From Neodothiora populina (lineage: Eukaryota): a DNA stretch of 64,000 nucleotides. Position numbers and translations under genes: made by a program. Under the pieces are notes generated by a model that saw nothing but the letters and a program-made list of their open reading frames with translations, ran no database searches and was not told the origin of the DNA. Location: NCBI RefSeq assembly GCF_041146345.1, contig NW_027191409.1, positions 1 through 64,000 of the forward strand, given 5' to 3'. The first letter of the stretch is position 1. Every line of letters begins with the position of its first letter. Below, piece after piece: positions 24,132 to 36,449 of this stretch.

Positions 24132-25128
24132 TTAGTTAACAGCGTTGACGGGCTCGGGGCCGAGCTTCTCCCAGCTACCAGAGCCGTAGGTGCTGTCCTG
24201 CTGGCCGTGGAATTGTCCATTGACATCTGGAACTCCAAAGAAGGCACGGGTCTTATCTTGGATTCTGCGCAATATTGATAAGCAAATGCCGGAGACGACG
24301 GGAAACGATGCACTTACTGGTCAATGGTCATGACAGCGAACGGAGGGTTGGAGGTTTCAGCGTAGCCCCAGCTCACATGGTGGAGAGAACCGGATGTGCA
24401 TGGCGCGTTCGCCCAGTTGCTCTTAGGACCTACGCCATTTGACTGAATGACGGTGCACTTGGTGCTGAAACCATCACTGGTCTTGATATCAAAGTTGTAG
24501 TCGCAACCAGAGCCGTCCTCGCCGCAGTCTGAGTTAAGGTTAGTAAAGTCATATGCGTGAAACTCGCAGGGAGAAACTTACATCTGCTGAGATTTTCGAC
24601 AGTCCATGTACCAAGCTGGGGTGCAGCTTGACCAGCGGGCGAAGGAGTGGCTGCTGGTGTGGCAAGGGTCAAAGCACCACTAACTGCAATGCAAACAGCG
24701 CCGTTGGGGTAGCTGTGAGCAGGGTTACATGCGTAAGAGGTGCTGGAAGACGCAGCAGGTGTTGGTGTGACGAGAGACAGAACTTCATTGGTAGAGACAC
24801 AGGCAGCTCCGTTGGGGTAGCTGTGCGCAGGATTGCATGCGTAGGCAGTGCTGGAAGTTGCAGCAGGCGCTGGTGTGACGAGAGATAGTGCTCCATTGGT
24901 AGAGACACAGGCAGCTCCATTAGGATAGCTGTGGGCAGGATTGCATGCGTAGCTGGTCGCTGCGGCAGGAGTAGGTGTGACTAGGGACAATGCTCCGTTG
25001 GTAGAGGCACAGGCAGCTCCGTTGGGATAGCTGTGGGCTGGGTTGCAGGCATAGTCTCGCTCAGCAAAGTTGTTTGGCAGAGCAAGAGCGCCTGAGAGGC
25101 CTCCAGTAATAGCAAAGGTAGTCTTCAT
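24132..25128 (-). CDS. Secreted protein with four N-terminal Cys repeats and a small 4-Cys beta-type C-terminal domain
   Basis: Signal-like N-terminus and 4x YACNPAHSYPNGAxC. Introns at ~24529-24581 and ~24265-24317 join GTWTVENLSRYCGEDGSGCDYNFDI..KC..WANAPC..VSWGY..FAVMTI..RAFFG, with stop at 24132. Confidence 0.8.
24655..25053 (-). repeat. Intragenic tandem repeat, 4 units of 102-108 bp
   Basis: Units of 34/36/36 aa plus a diverged fourth, visible in both protein and DNA. Confidence 0.9.
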
Positions 25129-26532
25129 TTTGTTGATAGAGGGGCTGGGTTTTTAGAGTGGAATGGTAATAGGTGTTGATAGTAGTGTTCTGATGAGAGG
25201 AGTGCTTGTGATGATATTGATGATATGTGATTCGGATGGTAGGATATAATATCAACTTGGAAGAGGTAGGATACTTATACCTGGAGAAGGCTTCTATCTC
25301 TTCGCATATGATCTCTATCACCGGCGCGTATGGTCTCTGCTCTCGCCACGATGACGATCTATACGAGACCTTAAGCACGAGAGTACTCAGAAGGGTTTGA
25401 CTATTTCACGATGGTAGATCTTTTGTCATCGTATAGATGCTTCGCGACATCTTCGCAGACAAAGTGCCTGCTCGTGGTCAGACTGGAAACAAAGCCCGAC
25501 GTCTTCGAAGTGTACAGTACAACGCGTTTCTATTCTTGTCTTATACGGGTCTTCAAGCGTCCCGCGAGAGACCAAGATGCCGACTTGGCACTTTAGATTT
25601 AACCTCGGCCAACTCTGAGTATGTTCTTCGAGGTGATCAGTGCCAGTGTATAGATGTTACGAGCACCTTGATGAACTCTACGAAAACAAAATTGCATACA
25701 TTTCCCCTTGGCGAGTGACGTCGCTTGGCCGTTCGGGCCCGGATTCTCAAACTCTCGACAACGCTTCTTGATATTTCTAGTATCAGCAGCAACCAAAGTG
25801 ACGCTCTATGCGATATCATCGATTCTGCACCAGCCAGTCGGTAGATCTGACACTTCGTGATTGACAATTGATCTGGTGCTGAGAATCTGTGGAACAATCT
25901 CCGCTCGAGCAGGACGAACACGATGGCCATCACCCAACCTTGTATAGAACAAAGAAGGTTTCCAAGCGGCATGTCAATTCCACAGTGGCTCTGTAGCCTG
26001 AATGGCTTTTCGCGATATTAATAGCATCAAATCGGCCTCACACTGAGACACTTTGTTTCAAAAAGATATCCATTAGCCTCACGACATTGAATGGCTACTA
26101 CATGATCACTATGACAGAAGCATCCCTTATGTGCGTGTGGCCAATATCTCAACTCCCAGCATATTGTGTACGACAGCATATTCGTATACGAAGATGTAAG
26201 TTCAGAACGTGAATTGACATAACGTGGCTCGAAAATCCCAGGCGCTCTAGCACAATTAATCAGGATCAGGTAGAGTTGGCATTCATTCGAGGAAAGACTA
26301 TTTTACTAGGTAACGTACCTCAGGAGATGCAAGCCCCGCTGTCGAGGTCCAATCTTCGTTTTTGTTGTAGTCCACTTTATGCTATCCTATAAAGGTGATG
26401 TCAACACCACTTGAAATTTTAGAAGTCACATCCAGGCGTCTACATTAATCATGAGGCAATACCCATCTTTTAGTGTGGTGTCTTTCGTGACTGAATTAGT
26501 CCACGTGCTCGTCACTACTACAAAACCTGCCG

Positions 26533-27831
26533 TCAAGCTATCGCTTCGTGTTCTAGAAAAGTCAGCGCGGCGACGCACAGTGCGTTGATGCCGGTCTCCA
26601 TTGTAGGATGTATGACTGGCGCAAAGTTGGATGAATGGTTCATCGGTATGTCCTGAATCAGCCGGTTTTGCTCTCTCTTTCGATCCCACAAATCCTCGTC
26701 GACACCCCCAAAATGCCAGAATACGTAAGGTCGACCTTGGGATGTAGCTAAAATTGGAAAGTCTTCGGCAACTGTGGTTATCGGGATGTTGGGGTTGAAG
26801 GCTTCGGCGAAGAATTTAGTGAATGAATTTGCCACTCTCTTCGTGGTGATATCCTCATTATCCAACACTGGAAATGTACGGGACGGTTTGAACTCGGGTT
26901 TTCGTGGTGAGCCGCTTGCCTCGCACTCTGCCTCGACGATTCTTCTTACTGCTGCCATCAATTTTGCTCTGCTTTCAGGGTTGATGGAGCGGAAATCGAT
27001 ACCGATCTCTGCGTCGTCTGCGATCACGTTTTCTGTTTGACCAGCCTGTAAGCTGCCCACCGTGACGACAGCAACATCGTTAGGATCGATCTCCCTACTG
27101 ACGATACCTTGTAGCCGCACAACGACGTGCGCAGCTAGTAGTGTCGGATCGATGGCTCTGTGAGGCTGCGACCCATGTCCGCCTCTCCCAAACAGTGTGA
27201 TTTTCATACTATCTGCCGCAGCCATAAAGGTTCCAGTCCTCAATCCCACACTTCCTGCCCGCATGGCCATGATGTGCTGTCCAAAGACATAATCAGGCAC
27301 TGGAACCTTGGTGTACAGTCCATTGTCGACCATGGCCTGAGCACCAGTTCCCCTCTCCTCGGCGGGCTGAAACAGCACGATCAATGTGCCGCTCCAGTGG
27401 TCCCGCATACGCACGAGTATCTCTGCAGCAGCAAGAAGACAAGTCATATGCATATCATGGCCGCAAGCATGCATGACTGGCTTCATGATGCCCTCGGCAT
27501 CAGGCATCACAACACTACTGGCGTACGGTAATGACGTTCTCTCCGCAATTGGCAAAGCGTCCATGTCCGAACGTAGCATTATTGTCTTGCCGGGGCCGTT
27601 TTCGAGGACTGCGGCAAGACCATAGCCTCCAATTCCGGAGTGAATGACGAATGACTTTAGTCCTGAAAGATGCTCGATAATCGTCTGCGAGGTTTGCTTT
27701 TCCTGATTTGAGAGCTCAGGATGAGCGTGGAAGTGCTTGTAAAGAGCTTCATAACGTGCAAGATCTACTTGATAACGTGGCAACTGCTCCATGCTGCTGT
27801 TCTGCTGCATGATGTATCTTTTGACTAGCAC
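26533..27831 (-). CDS. M20D metal-dependent amidohydrolase (hippuricase-like)
   Basis: HAHPELS, RSDMDAL, MHACGHDMH, FQPAEE, GRGGHGS, EDF and NHS motifs. Intronless; the true start may be one of the downstream Mets. Confidence 0.93.
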   Translation of the reverse strand: MLVKRYIMQQNSSMEQLPRYQVDLARYEALYKHFHAHPELSNQEKQTSQTIIEHLSGLKSFVIHSGIGGYGLAAVLENGPGKTIMLRSDMDALPIAERTSLPYASSVVMPDAEGIMKPVMHACGHDMHMTCLLAAAEILVRMRDHWSGTLIVLFQPAEERGTGAQAMVDNGLYTKVPVPDYVFGQHIMAMRAGSVGLRTGTFMAAADSMKITLFGRGGHGSQPHRAIDPTLLAAHVVVRLQGIVSREIDPNDVAVVTVGSLQAGQTENVIADDAEIGIDFRSINPESRAKLMAAVRRIVEAECEASGSPRKPEFKPSRTFPVLDNEDITTKRVANSFTKFFAEAFNPNIPITTVAEDFPILATSQGRPYVFWHFGGVDEDLWDRKREQNRLIQDIPMNHSSNFAPVIHPTMETGINALCVAALTFLEHEAIA

Positions 27832-28299
27832 CTGCTCGGACCCTTGTAGAGATCAATATTGCGTAAGATCTATTGTTTGTCTAATTCGTACTGTAGTTAC
27901 GATTGCACGAAAGAGTGATTCGTGTCATTTGTCACACTCGACAAGGCGGGGTGGTGACTTTGCCCTGACTGTACAATCATCAGCTTATAGTGATGACTTC
28001 TGACTCGTATTATTTTAGCCTATTCTTCCTAGTGGCTCTTATTGCGGGGCATTTCATTTCCCTTGATGTAAGCTCGAGGTAAGGTACATGTGAAGTATTC
28101 TGCGGTTGCGCCGCGAAGCCATTTACCACCTCGAATGGATGTTCCTGTTACTGCTCAGTCATTAACTAGAACCTGTCCAGCAGAACTCTGCGCGCTCATT
28201 GCTTGATGCTCTTCATTTGCACAATTGGACTCCAGGCTTCGAAACACTGGTTGGCATTTGTACATGCTTGACTCACGACGATAGAAAGGCGAGACAGGT

Positions 28300-28929
28300 C
28301 TAAAAGGACCAACCAGACACTTTCCTGTAATACTCGAGGACTGAAAGCCCACTCAATATCACAATACTCTCCCAATATTCCCCTGCGTCGAACTGTTGGA
28401 GTTGAAACGTGCCTCTTTTGGACCCCATGGATAGATGGTGCACAAACCGTGCGACAACCTCATCGCTATCCTTTGTGACCATCTTGAGGTTGAAGAAGTC
28501 TGTGCGATTTGCACTCGCATCGCTCTTCTCAATCTTGTGGGTTCTCTTCCAGTAAAACTCCTTTCGTCCCAGTTCTCTTCCCAGATCTATACTCAATTCG
28601 AAGCAGTTCGTCATCCACTTCTCAAGACACCGGAGATCTTCCCAAACCACCGTCCCCGAGGATGTTGGGTCACCCATTCCAATATGTATAGGTGTCGATA
28701 ATGAACTGAAGCAAAATTTACAGACCCCCACGACCCTGTTGGTGTCAGGACCAGTCGAGGTCACCCTGTTCAGTACAATGCCATATCGGCCTGCGCTTTT
28801 GGTCAAGTCGCTGAGGAGCCATGAGAGATCAACATTATAAGCCGGACGGTTTGAAGAAGTTTCGACGATTTCCGCCCTCGTTCGTCTTTTATTTGAAGAA
28901 GCGACATCAAAGGACTTGTAATGGTTCAT
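28300..28929 (-). CDS. Hypothetical fungal protein (209 aa)
   Basis: ATG-initiated intronless ORF with EFYWKRTH..LKMV..VVARF and a terminal hydrophobic helix, a pattern seen in fungal tubby/LURP-like proteins. Family not confirmed. Confidence 0.6.
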   Translation of the reverse strand: MNHYKSFDVASSNKRRTRAEIVETSSNRPAYNVDLSWLLSDLTKSAGRYGIVLNRVTSTGPDTNRVVGVCKFCFSSLSTPIHIGMGDPTSSGTVVWEDLRCLEKWMTNCFELSIDLGRELGRKEFYWKRTHKIEKSDASANRTDFFNLKMVTKDSDEVVARFVHHLSMGSKRGTFQLQQFDAGEYWESIVILSGLSVLEYYRKVSGWSF

Positions 28930-31057
28930 TTTTGTTTAACATGTGAGGCTGTGTGTCGTTGTTCACCGGTTTACCACAGCCAGGTCTTGCGACACTTATA
29001 TGCTGTGGGATTGTCTGAGAGCATCCTACAGTGCTCATGATCAATTCAGATACGAAGGAACTGTGATACAGGTCCGTACATGCTACAGTACTAGTAGATC
29101 CTATAGCATTGCATAAGGATGTTAGCGTAGGATTCTTGATACTCTACTCTCATCTTGGCATTACATCAATAAGGCAATACCAAGGCCTCTCGTTCTATGG
29201 TTCTGAGTCATAAGTGACAGAGCTTACAGTAGACACTGTCGACTGTGAAGCGACTATAAACTTCACCGTGAAAGAATTATTGCCCGACTCGTGCTAGGTC
29301 AATGGGGTTCCACCATTGCACGATGTTGAGCTTAGTGACAATGTTGTTGGTTACCTTACTGTTTCTAGACGCCAGGAGGGGCTGAACACAACGCACTGGG
29401 CGATGGAGAAGAGGTCAGCAATGATACAGCAAGCTTGGAACATAGTCGAGATCTACAGATACGAATATCCACCTTGGGTACCACTAAGACCACAATCTGT
29501 GCTGAATAAATAAGCTTCTGATAAGCCACAGTATTCGTTTCCAGGACAATCGACAGCCCAACTAGAGGATCCATTCTCGAAGCTGGGATTCAGAAACAGG
29601 TGCGGTCAAAACCTTGCATCATGAAGCCCAATTGCTGCGTGAACGACATTTCTGGAGTACGACACACGGGCTGGAACTGATCTTGTTGCCAAGATAACCT
29701 GCCATACACTGAGTCTGCCAGGAAATGCTATCCATCGTAGTAAATGTTATTCCATCACTACCTGGTCAAGATGGAGCTGTAGCGTCAATGGTTCATAAGG
29801 ATGTCGTTCAGCGTGTAGCGCAAGCGCATGTGACCCAGCTCGCCCCCGGAACAAGCGCAGTTGGTAGGTTTGTACAGTACTCGTCTAAAAAGCACTCCTT
29901 ACTCTTTCCTAGTGGCCACAAGCAATCGCTGTGCAGCGATTCAGAGCAAATTATTAAGGCCTGTGTAGTTCCAATGTATGATGTAAGGCGCATCTGATCA
30001 TCGCCGCAACGCCCTGCGGTACCATTGACAGCTGTGTTGGAACCAGGAGTAGGTTGGAAGGTGAAAGTGGCACAATCGAATGCCTTGTTACGCATGACAG
30101 AGAAGTTGATTTGAACCATCTTACACATGTAGAGATACACTTATACCGAGTCTACCCTTGAGAATGTCGGATTGAGCAAACTTGTGCCAGGATTCCGATT
30201 TTTGACTTTCTGACATTGGTAACTGTTGTCAGTACTCAGGGCGTCGTTCCAATTGTAGGACAACCTTCTTCTGGCGTTCAGGCCGAAAGTATCCTCCACG
30301 TGCTAGAGCGGTGAGCGGGGTGCGAGGTAAGCTTTCTACTCGTATCTTTATGTCCGAGCCAAGTCCGATGAAGATACATAGTACCCTGCGAAGGTACAGT
30401 AGGTAGTGTTTCATGCTCATGCATACTCTGTACAGTACCTTACCTTACCTGGACCTTGAGCTCTCTTTTGTGCCGTTGCGATGACGGTGCGAACGAACCC
30501 CGGCACAGATCACGTATCAACCCTGCTTCCTGCTTTGTATTTGTCGGATTTGCGAACCAATCGCCAACCTGCGTACTGTGTCATTCGCACCACGGCGACT
30601 CGATGGTACCTAGTCGAGTCTTGCAGCGACATTGGCGGACTGGCAACGGGTCCGGGCTGTCCGGAGAAGCATTCATTGGTCCCCTCTTAATTTTCTCCTA
30701 TCAGAGCCGCTTCATTTTCAATTCGGGAGCTATCATGTACGTCATATTGACGGTTGATCTAACACTTCGCGGACCACACGGCACAGCTTTGTAGAGCACA
30801 GCAGGTAAGGCAAGCTAAGCTCGTTCATTGTATGACATGTGAGTGAGGTATATCTCTTCACGTATGTACCGTCTGGACTGTCGCTTTCGTCAGTTCCCAC
30901 GTAAGCCGGGTCCCATTTCCTCCCTTCACAATTATTTCGTCTGTACAACACTCTGTGCCATCATCGTAATTGCTATACGACCATTCGTGACTAGACCAGG
31001 GTTATAGAGCTGCGAAAGACCAGTTGAAATAGGAAGACATTCATTCCTACCACAAAT

Positions 31058-32934
31058 ATGGTTCATAGCACCTCTGTGACGACCGAAAGCGGAAGCTTAG
31101 ATGCGTTTCCGCTGCAGGGCGAACAGCCGTATTTTGCTGAGGAGAGAACAGGATGGAAAGGCTATGTGGAATGGGAGGTTAGTCATTGCTGTTGGTAGAC
31201 AAGCATGAACGTGGTCTGATCATTTACACGCCAGAAATACCCAGAAAAGAAGAAGGAGGCCGAGGCGATCCTCTCGCGCTACAACTTTCCCTCCCCTCCA
31301 GAGTTCCAGCTCGTGCCCCTTCCAGACACCAACCCAATTCTAGAGGGGGTCAGATGGAAGCAGTACCACTATGCCATGGGCTCTAGCCTCAAAAGCATAC
31401 CAGACATCAGGTATCACTGGTCACTTTATCTTTCATTATAAACTACTGAATTGGGACGTTTAGCTGGGAGTACGTACAAAAGGAAAAGGCGCCCGATATG
31501 ATCCACGTCCTGCAATTCCCCTATAACGGAGAACCTCCTCGGGTAAGGACAAAATTTTGAGTCTCGCTTGATACGTTGCTGATAACTCAATTGTCAGGAT
31601 CGCCTAGTGGAGACTGAAATCACGAGAAACGAGGATTTCTTTGTACGAAACCATGGCGGTATCCCAGAGATTGATCCTGCAGAGTATTCGTTTGACATTG
31701 ACGGTCTGGTCAACAATCCGAAAAAGCTTACCCTAGCGGATCTGCAGAACGAGAAACTCTTTCCGCGTCAGACTAATGTAGTGTCTCTGCAGTGTTCAGG
31801 AACACGGAGAATCGAGCAGATTCACGAATATCCTGGAGACGGAGACGAACTGATCAACGCGCCCTGGGGCGAAGGAGCCATCGGTACTGCTCGGTGGACC
31901 GGCGTGAGTCTCAAAAAGGTAATCAAGTACTGTGGCGGTCTGAAGGATAACGGAGAGAACATACACCTCGAGTTCTACGGAGCAGACACGTACTTCAAGA
32001 AGGGAAAAGTGTACAACTACGTTGTGAGCGTTCCCTGGCGCAAGGTCAAGCTCAACGAGGTACTCCTTGCATGGGAAATGAACGGCAAGCCGCTGCCGCG
32101 CATTCACGGGTTCCCGCTCCGGACTGTCGTCTTCGGCTACATCGGTGCTCGTAGTTGCAAATGGCTGTACCGGATCAAAGCCATCAAGGGTCCCAGTCTC
32201 GCGCCTGTGCAAATGAAGGAATATCTTTACTACACGCCGCAAGTGGGTAAGCAAAACGCAATGTACTCGAATGGCTTTAGCATCCAGGACATGCCCGTGT
32301 CTTCGGCCATCATGAAACCAATCAACATGCAGCAGATCATACACGATGGCTCGATCAAGATGAGAGGCTGGGCCTACAGTGGTGGCGGACGCTGGCCGGT
32401 CAGAGTCGAGGTCAGTGGCGACGGTGGAAGCATTTGGTACGAGGTACCCTATGAGAATCTGTCCAACAAGTATTATCATGCATGGCGGTTGTGGGAGATT
32501 GATCTCCCTGTTGATGCCGAAGGATGGCTCGAGCTGTGCGTAAGGACTTGGGACAATGCGTTGAACACTCAACCCACTTATGTGAGATCAGCCTGGTACG
32601 TTGCTCCATGTCCTGCGTCTAAATTCGAGATCGATGTGCTGATACTCTGTCTGCAGGAATTTTGATCTACATGTAACATCCAGTTGGTGAGTACTTGGTC
32701 CCATGCATCCCGTAGACCATGTTTGATCAACGCTAATCACCCATATTCAGTCATCGAGTCAAGATCTACAGCATCAATAGATCAAAGCCTTTGACGGCGG
32801 CTAGATTACAGCTGCTGAAGGAAAAGAACATTCCCATGGTCCCCATCACACACCCTCTCGAAGTTGATCTGGAGTCCCAGGAGCACTATGATGAGGAAAT
32901 GGCAAGACGCGGCGGACGGGATCCCTCGGAGTAG
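31058..32934 (+). CDS. Sulfite-oxidase-family molybdoenzyme (no cytochrome b5 domain), multi-exon
   Basis: PYNGEPP, FFVRNHG, Mo-ligand LQCSGTRR, W.EGAIG, HGFPLR, GYIGARSCKWL, GWAYSGGG and AWRLW. Upstream exons were read from ATG 31058; a 30-nt exon lies at 32657-32686. Confidence 0.9.
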
Positions 32935-33056
32935 CTGTCCTATCCACACTTCCTTCCCCATAATTTACGACTTGCATTGCATTAAATACGTTACAACAAC
33001 ATCAATAATGAATCTTCATCTCATGCACCCCATCTAGTCTTGAGAATCAAGTCGAT

Positions 33057-33773
33057 CTAAGGCATAAGCGCAGTGCACAACCCCACGACTCCTCCAGCAC
33101 CGATCAAAACGGCCCTACCCATATTCATCCTGCCAAACTTACCCAACAACTCTCGAGCCCTCTCATCCTCCCGCGCAGTGGAGTCGTCGCGGGTCTTAGA
33201 CTGTGGTCCACTAAGATCAGTAATCTGATTCGCAGTACTATGGCTCTCAGACAGCAAATCATCAATCGGCCGCTCGCCGCACCCCTTTGCGCCCGTCGCA
33301 GCAGCCGCATCTGAGTTGCTCTGCTGCTGCTCAGCAGCCGCACGCGCGCTGCGCACCCCTCCCTCCTCAGCATTGAACCTGATGATCTCAAAATTCGTAG
33401 GCAGCATAACGAAGCGCGTGAACGGGGCGATAGTGAAACTCAGGGCAGCAGCGAGCAAAAACCCGTTCGTCCCGGTGGTGTTTGAAGCCGCGTGCAGCAG
33501 CAGCTGGGCGACATAGCGACGAGCCAAGGGCAGGGATTGGAAAGCCGTGTAGACGAAGCCTGCGGATGACAGCAGGCATGCTGTTGGGAAGATGTGGGAG
33601 CCGCGGGAGAAGAGCCAGCGGAGTTGGGGCAGGGAGCGCGAGGCGGGTTGGGATTGCAGCTCTGGGATGTCGAAGAGGGTTGGGCTTGCTATGCCGCCTG
33701 AGGCGACGAGGGAGATGGTGATGCTTAGGGCTTTGATTGCTAGTGTTGTTGTTGATGTTGATGGAGCTGCCAT
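33057..33773 (-). CDS. DUF1772 (anthrone-oxygenase-like) membrane protein
   Basis: Hydrophobic helices, LPQLRWLFSRGSHIFP, PFT..MLPTN and a C-terminal ELL..F...N..RA.L..AGG. Confidence 0.75.
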   Translation of the reverse strand: MAAPSTSTTTLAIKALSITISLVASGGIASPTLFDIPELQSQPASRSLPQLRWLFSRGSHIFPTACLLSSAGFVYTAFQSLPLARRYVAQLLLHAASNTTGTNGFLLAAALSFTIAPFTRFVMLPTNFEIIRFNAEEGGVRSARAAAEQQQSNSDAAAATGAKGCGERPIDDLLSESHSTANQITDLSGPQSKTRDDSTAREDERARELLGKFGRMNMGRAVLIGAGGVVGLCTALMP

Positions 33774-36449
33774 TGTGGAAGAGAGTGGTGTGGATGGTTT
33801 AGGTTGAGTGCTTCAATATTCAATTTGTAAAGAAAATGCAGATTGAATGTTTGATGGTCGATGTATAGATGTCGCGGATGGATTTATATCAAGACGTAGA
33901 TACGCTAGACAAGGATACAGCTCTCGATATTGTCCTGTCACCAGCTGCGTGACTGCACAGTATATATATAGTATATATCTCTAGCCATACAAGCTTCCTA
34001 CAAGCTCGAAATCGGACGCTTGTGAAGTACTTACAAAAGCCGAAGAAACCATAAATATGACCACCATTCCTCCAATGAGACCGACGTCTCTAAGGAACTG
34101 TTAGAAGAGCACAAGATGTGCAATTCATCGTCCGCGGGCCTTGACAATAGGTGTAGATCCTGTATTACTGCGTGTAGGAACAGTAAGGTACGGCAAAGTA
34201 GATATTGAGCATGATGGGCGACGTAGTCCCGAGGACGAACAGATCTCGGGACTAGATACAAAAGCCGCAGACCCCGACTACAGGGTACGAGAATTACAAT
34301 CCTTGACTTCTTCTAGATGTTCATCCAGCTGCGCTTGTTCGTGAGGAAAAGGTCAGACAGACAAAACTCGAGAGCGTTCGGGGGAAGGCATTGAATGTTC
34401 CCACGTTGGGTATACAAATAATAGAGTACCTTGTCATGGAAGGTAGAAGATTCGAAATACCATGACTCGTCTGCCGACCCTCCTTCTCGGAGCACCTTTT
34501 TGCTTGTACTTGTACGGAAGTACCAACCTCTAATCTTCAAGGTAGATATCTTGCCTTATCTCTATCTTTGTACCTTATGTGAGCTGCACATCTATGGGCA
34601 GCTACGATGATCAGATAAGAGTGCCCGGTCGTCAGTGATAGCCCGATCATGCGGGTATGTTCTGCGCTCACCAACCGGCGTAGTCTTCACAGGCTGTTTC
34701 GAAGTGCGCAACAGAGTATACATGCCATAAACAATTCTCAAACGACCACAAAACCTGCATCCAACGAGTGCGTGGCATCGCGATCTTGAACCAAAAGGCA
34801 ACCCCGACAGGAGAGTCAGCAGATAAGTACAATCCTCTCACTTGCTCATTCTCGGGTAATCGGACGATCGGACCTCCTATCAGACAGGAATAGCAGGCTG
34901 GACAGGAGAGCGGCGCTCCATTGTCTCTTTTCGTGGTGAGGGAGAACAGTATATTTGTATGTACGAGTACGTACCTCACAAAAGGCACAGTGCTCTGTTT
35001 AGTGTGGGTACCTTAGTCTCATATCAGTGCGCACGTGGGTGTGGGGCAAGATGTAGATAGGCGAAGAGGTCGGGGGAGGCGCAAGAGAAGAGGACAATGC
35101 CTCACAAATACAACAACTTTCTCCGCTAGCGACAAGCGTCGATTATAGGTATAGTAAATACCTTTCGGAGCTGAGTGCTTGAGGCGCAAACTTGTGGTTA
35201 TCGTAATCGGGGCTCCTACAGCGCTCCGCCGTCACCGCCGCCACCGCCGCCTCCTCAGCTTCGCGCGGCTCTGTGATTCAGGATGCGCTGAGATGTAGAG
35301 GATCCGCGAGGCGTTGTCCTTCTTTCATCCAACGAGTGGGTGCAGCAGCGATAGATGGTAGCGTAAGTCTGCCCGAGTTTGACCATATGTTTATATTCCA
35401 CGAGCCAGTCATGACGTGGTAGGCACGATACTCGTGATGGATGGATGGAGGGAGCGAACAAGATAGTCAACTTGATAATCCATAAGTCATGTCCAGCTAC
35501 ATGATACAGACGATGAAACCTCTACTGTGTGTTTCAAGAAGCCGTACGGGTTCTTCGCATACAGGTATCATGACCGATCCCGGATCGGCATCAGCAGTAG
35601 CATACCAAGTGAGAGAGAGTGAACCTAAGACGAAGAAGAACTAAGCCGAGAACACACGCGAAAGAGCACGGAAGAGAAAGCCAAGGTACAGTACATCTGT
35701 AACGATCCTGAGACCCCAACAAGCCACAAGGCAAGTGTACACAAGCAATGGTAAGAAACCCATGCACTGAGACCCTGCCGAGTCCCTTTTGTTCTTGTTA
35801 GCAAGAGTCGAAAAGACCCGAAGTCCAAGGCAGCCAAGGTACCGCAGTTGGCCTATCCATCCTGTCCCAGTAGTGCGGGTACCCAGGTACTAGTGGATCT
35901 CTTGGGGACGTCGGGGGAGGTCAAAGGCCAGGCTAAGGCAGGTAATAAATATCTCTCGAGACAAGGTGGAGTGGGGGGAAAAAGGAAGAGAGGTTGATTT
36001 GTTTCCGACAACGACGATCCGACCAAAACGGAGCCATTATCTCTTAGCTCGAGCTTGAGTCTCGGTCGAGCCTGCGGGGGAGTTTATGGCTCTTTAGACA
36101 CATTGATAGGTATGGCAGGAAACATTATCTTTGCTCATCGCATGCAATGCAATATCGAAGAGTACTGTGATCCATGTGCTTGGAGGCTCTGGTGGTTGAA
36201 TTTACTAGATAATCATGCAAATATCCCACCACATCTCCTCATCTCCTCACGCCTCTTGTCCCAGTCACATCTGACACTGCAATATTCACTCTTATGACAT
36301 GGGCCTGATTTGAAGTTGTCTTGATCAAGCATTGTTCATACGCTGCTCTACGTTGGGCTTGGTTTGATATCAATCGTGCCGTAGACAAGTAGCACTGCAC
36401 AAACACAAAACTACACCACATCAAGCCCCGCACTCCAAGCATCATCATC

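Noticed and set aside
24655..25053. Repeat protein as a dikaritin/KEP RiPP precursor
   Set aside because: The repeats are not delimited by KR/RR sites, a folded C-terminal domain follows, and no DUF3328 gene is nearby.
1..34000. Starship or DNA-transposon boundaries, or a telomere-linked helicase
   Set aside because: No tyrosine recombinase, transposase or RecQ helicase motifs and no terminal repeats were seen.
34030..35470. Cryptic spliced minus-strand gene (several GT/AG-like sites and short ORFs)
   Set aside because: I could not assemble a continuous frame or recognise any motif; BLASTx is needed.
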